This document shows, in pieces, positions 57,662 to 64,000 of a stretch of DNA of 64,000 nucleotides. Source of the stretch: an uncultured cyanobacterium (GTDB lineage Bacteria > Cyanobacteriota > Cyanobacteriia > Cyanobacteriales > CAWCAG01); contig CAWCAG010000009.1 of assembly GCA_963793425.1 (NCBI GenBank), positions 736,001-800,000 of the forward strand. The letters run 5' to 3'. A program made the translations under genes and the position numbers. Position 1 is the stretch's first letter; every line of letters starts with the position of its first letter. The notes beneath the pieces are model-generated. The model saw nothing but the letters and a program-made list of their open reading frames with translations, had not been told where the DNA came from and searched no databases.

Positions 57662-57817
57662 ATGGAGCGAGGTAAAATTATTGCCGTTTTTACTGGGGCG
57701 ATATCGGTGTTGATTGCGATCGCTTATTTAATTCTCGTACAATTGCTAGATTTTCGTGGTGAGATGATTCCGGCCCCCATGGTATTGGGTTCACTGTTAT
57801 TAATTGAGTTTAGCTGA
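57662..57817 (+). CDS. Small single-TM protein (51 aa, absent from the ORF track)
   Basis: MERGKIIAVFTGAISVLIAIAYLILVQLLDFRGEMIPAP...; AAGGA upstream; resembles a conserved cyanobacterial small protein (from memory). Confidence 0.75.
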   Translation: MERGKIIAVFTGAISVLIAIAYLILVQLLDFRGEMIPAPMVLGSLLLIEFS

Positions 57818-57849
57818 TTAGCTAAGTAGGAGTTAGGGAGTTAAGGATT

Positions 57850-58194
57850 TTAACTCTGTAGTTGTTTTGAAAGTTGATTTTTTTCTATATACCTGTAGGC
57901 GATCACCCCTAAGTTAACTACTAAACAGGTGCTACCAAGTCCGAATAGAACAAAAGTTTGGATTTGAACAACTCCAATTACAAACCAAGTTGCTACATGG
58001 CAAACCATAATCACAGCTAAACTGACAGCTAGGGTAACTGCCAGGTAGAGGTGAGATGAAGGACGGCGTAGCAGCAAATAGAGCAGGGTTTGTGAGGTTG
58101 CTAGTAAGTTAGCTGGTACTAAAAAAGCACAAATGGCAATGCAGTTGCTACGGGAAAATTCAAATAAGGAGGAAGTATCTAACATATTTCCCAT
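57850..58194 (-). CDS. Hypothetical membrane protein (start uncertain)
   Basis: FSRSNCIAICAFLVPANL, HVATWFVIGVV; about three TM helices. Confidence 0.75.
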   Translation of the reverse strand: MGNMLDTSSLFEFSRSNCIAICAFLVPANLLATSQTLLYLLLRRPSSHLYLAVTLAVSLAVIMVCHVATWFVIGVVQIQTFVLFGLGSTCLVVNLGVIAYRYIEKNQLSKQLQS

Positions 58195-58299
58195 TGTAAA
58201 GTCTTTTTCACTGGGTAAGGAACAACAAACGGCAAACCTCACCCAAGCCATTGTATCCTACATACTTGTGTATCACTTCAAGAAAGGATCGGGTAAATA

Positions 58300-59448
58300 G
58301 TGAGAATCAAACCAGAAGGGTGGATAGTTATCCTTTTCATATTGGGATTAGTGATCACAATTGTTACTCGCCCTCCTGAAATATTAGCGCCACAGAGAGA
58401 ATTACGAGGGGTTTGGTTAACCAATATTGATAGCGAGGTACTATTTTCTGCCAGAAAACTGCGTCAGAGTTTAAAGCGTCTTGCCCGTTTAAACTTTAAT
58501 ACAGTTTATCCTACAGTTTGGACGAGAGGGCATACCCTTTATCCGAGTAAAGTAGCTGAGTCGGTTTTAGGTATTTCTCTAGATCCAGAACCAGGTTTGC
58601 AGAAACGGGATATTTTAGAAGAAATAGTTGAACAAGGACACAGAGAGGGTTTAACGGTTATTCCTTGGTTTGAGTTTGGTTTTGTCGTGCCATCAGACTC
58701 TCCTATTATACAACTTCATCCTGATTGGTTAACTAACCGTCAAGATGGGGGGCAAACTGTTTACAGAAAAGGGCAAGAAATCGTTTGGCTTAATCCTTTT
58801 CACCCTCAAGTACAACAGTTTATGACAGTTATTTTTGCTGAGATTGTCGCTAACTATGACATTGATGGCATTCAATTTGATGATAATTTTGGTGTTCCCG
58901 TAGATATGGGTTACGATCCTTACACCTTAGCCCTCTATCGCAGCCAACACCAGGGTAATTCACCCCCAGCTAATTTTCGTGATCCGGAATGGATGCGTTG
59001 GCGTTCTAATCAACTGACGGAATTAGTCACCCAGTTGTTTCATACTATTAAAGCTCTTAAACCTAAATGTTTAATCGGTTTATCTCCTAATTCCCAACAT
59101 TATTCTTACAACAACTACTTACAAGACTGGCAAACCTGGCAAGAAAGGGGTTTAATTGATGAATTGATTTTGCAGGTTTATTGGGATGATTTAGAGAGGT
59201 TTAGGGCAGAATTGCAACTACCAGAAGTTAAGGCCGCTAGCCAGAAAATTCCTGTAGGCATTGGTATTTTAACTGGTTTAAAAAAGCGTTTTGTTCCTAT
59301 GAGTCAAGTACAAGCCCAAGTAAAAATTGTTCGCCAAGAAGATTTAGCCGGAGTCGCTTTCTTTTTCTACGAAACTCTGGCAGGGCGCGATCGCCAACTT
59401 AAAGAGTTGTTCGCTAACCCCGCTACCAGACCTGGGGCAAGTGATTAA
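58300..59448 (+). CDS. Glycoside hydrolase-like 10 (DUF187) protein
   Basis: ELRGVWLTN, IPWFEFG, WLNPFHP, YDIDGIQFDD. Confidence 0.88.
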   Translation: MRIKPEGWIVILFILGLVITIVTRPPEILAPQRELRGVWLTNIDSEVLFSARKLRQSLKRLARLNFNTVYPTVWTRGHTLYPSKVAESVLGISLDPEPGLQKRDILEEIVEQGHREGLTVIPWFEFGFVVPSDSPIIQLHPDWLTNRQDGGQTVYRKGQEIVWLNPFHPQVQQFMTVIFAEIVANYDIDGIQFDDNFGVPVDMGYDPYTLALYRSQHQGNSPPANFRDPEWMRWRSNQLTELVTQLFHTIKALKPKCLIGLSPNSQHYSYNNYLQDWQTWQERGLIDELILQVYWDDLERFRAELQLPEVKAASQKIPVGIGILTGLKKRFVPMSQVQAQVKIVRQEDLAGVAFFFYETLAGRDRQLKELFANPATRPGASD

Positions 59449-59494
59449 GTGATAAGTAATAAGTGATAAGTAATAAGTAATAAGTAATAAGCAA
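59446..59494. repeat. STRR-type heptamer tandem repeat (TAAGTRA-like)x7
   Basis: TAAGTGA TAAGTAA TAAGTGA TAAGTAA TAAGTAA TAAGTAA TAAGCAA. Confidence 0.9.
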
Positions 59495-59506
59495 TTATTA
59501 GTTCTT

Positions 59507-59536
59507 TAGTCACAATCGTTATGACTATGATATATT
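59507..59536 (+). promoter_or_regulatory. Inverted repeat TAGTCA-N9-TGACTA abutting an extended -10 (TGaTATATT) upstream of the peroxiredoxin
   Basis: Read directly; function inferred. Confidence 0.45.
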
Positions 59537-59604
59537 AGTAACAGTTCGTAACAAGTTAAAATTGGCTGATACCGAGATTTCAGCTTAGTAAGGAGTAATT
59601 AATA

Positions 59605-60198
59605 ATGGAAGAATGTTTAAGAGTAGGACAAGCAGCACCTGATTTTACAGCCACAGCAGTAGTAGATCAAGAATTCAAAACCCTTAAACTATCTGACTAT
59701 CGCGGCAAATATGTAGTCTTATTTTTCTATCCTTTAGACTTCACTTTCGTTTGTCCTACAGAAATCACAGCATTCAGCGATCGCAACAGTGAATTTGCAG
59801 ATATTGACACTCAAGTTTTGGGTGTCTCTGTTGATAGTGAATTTTCTCATCTCGCTTGGATTCAGAGCGATCGCAAGTCAGGGGGTGTAGGGGACTTAGA
59901 ATATCCTTTAGTCTCTGATATTAGAAAAGAAATTAGCACAAATTATAATGTTTTAGATCCAGAAGCCGGTGTAGCCTTGCGGGGACTATTTATCATTGAC
60001 AAAGATGGGGTAATTCAACACTCAACCATCAACAATCTTTCCTTTGGACGTAGTGTTGATGAAACCTTACGTACCCTTCAAGCAATTCAGTATGTACAGT
60101 CTCATCCTGACGAAGTTTGTCCTGCTGGTTGGGAACCCGGAAGTAAAACAATGGTTCCTGATCCTGTTAAGTCTAAAGTCTTCTTTGAATCTGTTTAG
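59605..60198 (+). CDS. 2-Cys peroxiredoxin (AhpC/TSA)
   Basis: [34 protein letters not shown]. Confidence 0.96.
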   Translation: MEECLRVGQAAPDFTATAVVDQEFKTLKLSDYRGKYVVLFFYPLDFTFVCPTEITAFSDRNSEFADIDTQVLGVSVDSEFSHLAWIQSDRKSGGVGDLEYPLVSDIRKEISTNYNVLDPEAGVALRGLFIIDKDGVIQHSTINNLSFGRSVDETLRTLQAIQYVQSHPDEVCPAGWEPGSKTMVPDPVKSKVFFESV

Positions 60199-60276
60199 TA
60201 TTAAGAGAACTTGGAAGGTTAGCGATCGCATATCGACTAAAAGTTTTCCAAGACCTCAAGACCTAAATTTAAGTGA

Positions 60277-60314
60277 AATAGGCACTTCTTGCAACAGTTT
60301 AAGGAGTGCCTATT
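60277..60314 (+). terminator. Hairpin downstream of the peroxiredoxin, possible terminator
   Basis: AATAGGCACTTCTT...AAGGAGTGCCTATT, 14-bp stem with one G-U pair. Confidence 0.5.
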
Positions 60315-60440
60315 CCTCATTATTTTTTACTTATAGCAACTCTAAGTCGCATGAGGAACTAAAAAATCCGGATCAATTCTAAGAGATAAGCTAAAAGAAA
60401 TTAGACCTAACTAATCCCTGATATTTAAAATTTAAGATTA

Positions 60441-60644
60441 ATGTTAAGAACGCTACTCTCTATATGGGGCTATTTTCCCGTATTTTTCCTTGCCCTCCTG
60501 GTAACCTTAACCTGGGGGCAAATTCTTCTTATTCCTAATTCCAGCAATGCTGCCTCCCAACAAGACTATCAAGTTGATCGTGATCTTGTTTACAAGACAG
60601 TTAACGACCACGAGTTGAAACTGGATCTTGATGAGAATATATAG
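60441..60644 (+). pseudogene. N-terminal remnant of a secreted alpha/beta hydrolase (esterase)
   Basis: Signal-like segment, then DRDLVYKTVNDHELKLDL (typical esterase first strands), then an abrupt stop. Confidence 0.55.
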
Positions 60645-60725
60645 TCTTTCTCGGACTCATAAGGTGGATTTGGTCTATTTCCATATTTCCTACGCTTCCA
60701 AAGCGCAAAAAATCAAACAACAGAA

Positions 60726-62228
60726 TTAACCTTCTAAATCCCCTTCCATAACTGTTGCGATCGCACTTTTAGTATTAGCTTTGAACTCAGCTACATCTAC
60801 TCGATTGAGAAGATAGATAGCTATAAGCATACCTAAAGCTTGGAGGGCAAAAACTAAGCCGTAGGCGAATACAGGGTTTGTAAAAACTTTCTTGCCAATA
60901 TCTAAAACCACACCACCCAAAGCAGTAGCTATCCCTCTAGACATAGCCTGTGCCAACCCCCAAGCCCCAATGAAAGTACCAGCGGCTTCCACCGCTGTTA
61001 AATCTAGCATCAAACTAATACTGCCAATGGTAGCAATCCCCGCAGCTATACCGAATAAAAACACCGCAATTTTGAGAATATTTTCCTCTTGGGTAAAACC
61101 AGCCAGAATAATCAAGCAAAAACAAATAGCAATCAGTAAACAACCAATTTCGGCCGTTAATTTTTTCCCTAAACGTGGCACTACCAAAAAACCCGTTGTC
61201 CCATAACCCAGCAAAATTCCTAGTCCCCAAAAAGCGTTTAACTGAGTTGTTTCGGCAATAGACATACCAAAAACTTCACCCCCATAGGGTTCTAAAACCA
61301 CTTCTTGCATAAACAAGCTAATGGTAAAAACTAAGAGGAAGGAGAAAAAGATGCCTGTTTGACGGCTAGCAGTTAAGACTTTGAGGGATTTTCTTAGAGT
61401 TATACTATCTTCTCTTTCTGTGGCCGAAGAGCGCATCGAGAAGCGAGAATATTTTTTTTCTACACCGAAAGTCGCTATTAATGCTAAGACAAAAACAATA
61501 ATGGGGACAATGAGGAAAAGTTTGTTAAGAGGATTTTGTAGAACTTCTAGGGGAGTATCAATCATCTTTTCCCCTACTAATAAACTACTACCAATATTAA
61601 CTCCCAAAACAATGCCAGACTGTTGAACTTTTTTTAAAAGAATGCCACCGCTGATGCCACCGATCACGATACCTAGCATCAACATTGACCAAACCACAGA
61701 AACTATTTTTGAGCGGTTATCTTCTTCAGAAATATCCACCAACATGGCGGTAAAAGGGGTTGAACTAGAACTTAGTGCCAAACCGAAACAGACAAAAAGT
61801 AAAGCTAGTAAACCTGTCCAACCTATAGTTGAGATATTCCAAACCCAACCACCGTTAGCACGAACCAAACTACCAAGTTGCCAGACTGTTTGTACCGCTA
61901 AAAACACAGCTAAGCCTAATAACGCTGCTCCCAAACGTACATAATTAGTACGATGCTGACCGAACAACTTTTTAGAGTCTGATAGCTGTCCAAACCAAAC
62001 TCTAGCTGGAGAAACAAATTGCTGCATAGCCACCACCACACCAGTTATGGTCGCAGGGATACCTAACTCACTAATCATCACCCGATTAAGAATTGCTAGG
62101 GTCAGCACTGACATCAACCCCAATCCCAGATTAAATAAACCCAGGCGAAACATAGTAATCAAGTCAACTTTAGGGATTTTTCTTGAGTTGGAATTAGTTT
62201 GTAGATTAGGAAAATCGCCCGTAGTCAT
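60726..62228 (-). CDS. BCD/PucC-family MFS protein
   Basis: RLGLF, LNRVMISEL, RVWFGQLSD, LEPYGGEVFGM, GTFIGAWGLAQA; ATG at 62228. Confidence 0.88.
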   Translation of the reverse strand: MTTGDFPNLQTNSNSRKIPKVDLITMFRLGLFNLGLGLMSVLTLAILNRVMISELGIPATITGVVVAMQQFVSPARVWFGQLSDSKKLFGQHRTNYVRLGAALLGLAVFLAVQTVWQLGSLVRANGGWVWNISTIGWTGLLALLFVCFGLALSSSSTPFTAMLVDISEEDNRSKIVSVVWSMLMLGIVIGGISGGILLKKVQQSGIVLGVNIGSSLLVGEKMIDTPLEVLQNPLNKLFLIVPIIVFVLALIATFGVEKKYSRFSMRSSATEREDSITLRKSLKVLTASRQTGIFFSFLLVFTISLFMQEVVLEPYGGEVFGMSIAETTQLNAFWGLGILLGYGTTGFLVVPRLGKKLTAEIGCLLIAICFCLIILAGFTQEENILKIAVFLFGIAAGIATIGSISLMLDLTAVEAAGTFIGAWGLAQAMSRGIATALGGVVLDIGKKVFTNPVFAYGLVFALQALGMLIAIYLLNRVDVAEFKANTKSAIATVMEGDLEG

Positions 62229-62292
62229 ATCGTTAAAAATTAAACATTTATCATTTATATTAAACATTTAACGCTGGTCATTTATCGTTAAT

Positions 62293-62318
62293 AAAAAAAA
62301 GGGAGCCTGAAAGCTCCC
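62293..62318 (-). terminator. Rho-independent terminator of the PEP-CTERM gene
   Basis: Minus strand GGGAGC-TTTCAG-GCTCCC followed by T8. Confidence 0.8.
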
Positions 62319-62356
62319 CCCGACCTTGACATGGACACTTTTACAAACTCTAAAAT

Positions 62357-63232
62357 TTAAGCTTTATTTTGCTTGCGCTTAGTTGCGACAACACCACTCA
62401 AAGCGATTAGACCTAAAATTGCGGAGGGTTCAGGTACTTTCTCTGCATCGTCTTCGCCCCACTGGAAAGAGAATTCAAAATTACCGTCGTGGGATGTTCC
62501 ATCAGAAACTTCATACTGACCGGAATCTGTGGATTTGTCGAAGCTATAGAATAATTCTGTTTGGCCCTTGTAGCTGACTTTAACCACTTCGCTAGCATAC
62601 CAACCCTGAAGTGCAGGGTGTACATTTCCTGCATCGCTATGACCAGCTAAACCAAAAGTAACAGTATCACCATCTTTACCTACGTAAGCAACGTTAGGAT
62701 CGCTGAAGCGTTGGAAACCATTAGACCCTAGGAATTGCTTGTAAAGCCCTACTTTTTGCATACCATTGTAGCCTGAGCCGTATTTAGCCATAGCCTTACC
62801 AAACCATTGGTTAGCAAAGTTATTTGCCCCATAAGCCTCGCTGACACCACTGCCTGTACCAAACCAGTCTTCGTAAGTCAAACTACTGAAGTTGACAATT
62901 TTACCATCAAGATCGGCTGTTAATGTAGCTGAGCCGATGTCTTTGAACTGGGTTAAGTTTAAACCATCTGTTTGGTCATAAAGTTCAACGTTACCACCAG
63001 GAGCGCTGCTGTCACCACTTAAAATAGTTGATAAATCTGCCCCTGTTACTTTTCTAGTTTTGGTCTTGCCATCACTATCAACAAAGGACTCATACACCGT
63101 AGTTGGGCCACTAGAACTAAAACTACCAGCAAAAGCCGGGTTAACTGCGTAGACGAAGTCCGTCATAGACATCGCACTTGCCCCTACTACAACTGAAGCA
63201 CCTAATAAAAATTTCTTAATTGTCCCCTTCAT
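62357..63232 (-). CDS. PEP-CTERM sorting-domain surface protein
   Basis: Signal peptide; C-terminal VPEPSAILGLIALSGVVATKRKQ. Confidence 0.9.
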   Translation of the reverse strand: MKGTIKKFLLGASVVVGASAMSMTDFVYAVNPAFAGSFSSSGPTTVYESFVDSDGKTKTRKVTGADLSTILSGDSSAPGGNVELYDQTDGLNLTQFKDIGSATLTADLDGKIVNFSSLTYEDWFGTGSGVSEAYGANNFANQWFGKAMAKYGSGYNGMQKVGLYKQFLGSNGFQRFSDPNVAYVGKDGDTVTFGLAGHSDAGNVHPALQGWYASEVVKVSYKGQTELFYSFDKSTDSGQYEVSDGTSHDGNFEFSFQWGEDDAEKVPEPSAILGLIALSGVVATKRKQNKA

Positions 63233-63469
63233 ACCTTTAAAATCTACCTAGTTTTACAGTTTAAAATTTTTAGAAGTTCGAGTTTACAGTTGATTAGTTC
63301 AGCAGCCAAGATTTTCTGGTAAATATTTAAGTAAGCTAGCCCAAAACACCCTTAGACGCGCAAACTTTTGAATCCATTTCACTTTGAACCTATATTCATT
63401 TAAACTTTCTCTAGAAGCGAGTGGTTAAAGTTACGATAAAGTTTTGGTATTGTTTTTATGAAGTAAGCT

Positions 63470-63796
63470 ATGGCAGCTAAAGACATCTACCATGACACAG
63501 CGAAAAATGCTCTTATCAAAGACGGTTGGATAATTACTGACGATCCCTTAACTTTAAGGTGGGGTTCAAAAACACTATTAATTGACTTGGGTGCAAGAAA
63601 GCTAATAGCGGCAAGAAAAGGTGATCAAACAATTGCTGTAGAAATCAAAAGCTTTGTAGGAACGTCTCAAGTAAACGATCTCAAAAATGCTCTTGGTCAG
63701 TATATTTTATATAAAGATATCTTATTACAAAACCATCGAGTCCGTTTAATTGTGTTTGACCCTGACAAAGAGGAGATTTTGCAATGGATATCTTAG
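63470..63796 (+). pseudogene. xisH: XisH-family protein with an apparent internal in-frame deletion
   Basis: AKDIYHD..KNALIKDGW.ITDDPL, IDLGA, AVEIKSF, ALGQY, VFDP.KEEI.QWI. Only 108 aa and lacks the usual R.LYLA segment. Confidence 0.75.
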
Positions 63797-63954
63797 ATAA
63801 AGATCGCCAAATTATTTATAAGGCTCTTAAATACTATGCTGATTTACCTTATTGGTGTCAGGACGTAAAAACCTCACGGGGTGACAAGTGCCTCGAAACC
63901 TTTTCTATTAAAGGTTCTAGCTCACCGATCTTCAAAAAGATTAGAGCTTGTTGA
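63784..63954 (+). pseudogene. xisI: XisI N-terminal remnant fused to unrelated sequence
   Basis: ATG overlaps the xisH 3' end. MDILDKDRQIIYKALKYYADLPY is XisI-like; similarity is lost after about codon 23. Confidence 0.6.
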
Positions 63955-64000
63955 CAGGTCTATTGATACCTAAATAGCACTCACGACCACAGTAGCTTAG

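Noticed and set aside
58252..58266. NtcA site (GTA...TAC) between divergent genes
   Set aside because: The spacer is 7 nt rather than the required 8.
59446..59494. Repeat array as a CRISPR
   Set aside because: 7-bp tandem units without spacers; an ordinary STRR.
60044..60382. 112-aa ORF overlapping the peroxiredoxin 3' end
   Set aside because: Alternate-frame overlap running through the downstream hairpin; no recognisable motifs.
63300..63400. Possible c-di-GMP-I riboswitch upstream of the PEP-CTERM gene (GAAA...CAAAAG...GTCTAAGG on the minus strand)
   Set aside because: The bases flanking GAAA do not form the P2 stem and no GGCAAA/P1 pairing was found.

Overview
Cyanobacterial chromosome segment, identified by kaiABC, psb30, men genes, many HIP1 GCGATCGC octamers and a cyanobacterial-type rrn operon. 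It opens inside an accessory three-gene operon ending in a 1898-aa DEAH/DUF1998 helicase, best read as the end of a Druantia type I-like anti-phage system. That operon abuts the SRP RNA gene (ffs). Core genes follow: menF/menA/menD, ldhA, a frameshifted pyrF-pyrE fusion, a hybrid kinase head-to-head with kaiABC, tadA, grxC, an ABC1 kinase and a complete minus-strand rrn operon (16S, tRNA-Ile, tRNA-Ala, 23S, 5S). After the rrn operon come an ethylene-receptor-like kinase, prfC, an EAL protein, hemD, recJ, psb30, leuS, UDG, transporters, a Ser/Thr kinase, a 2-Cys peroxiredoxin, a PucC-type MFS and a PEP-CTERM protein. The window ends in a decayed xisH/xisI pair interrupted by CRISPR-leader-like sequence. 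Notable small-scale signals are a 24-nt element inserted in frame into a split HIP1 site in the defence operon, a LexA-type palindrome over the -10 of an unknown gene convergent with kaiC, a MITE-like element overlapping the menD start codon, and a structured menF leader. All calls are by eye; no searches were run.
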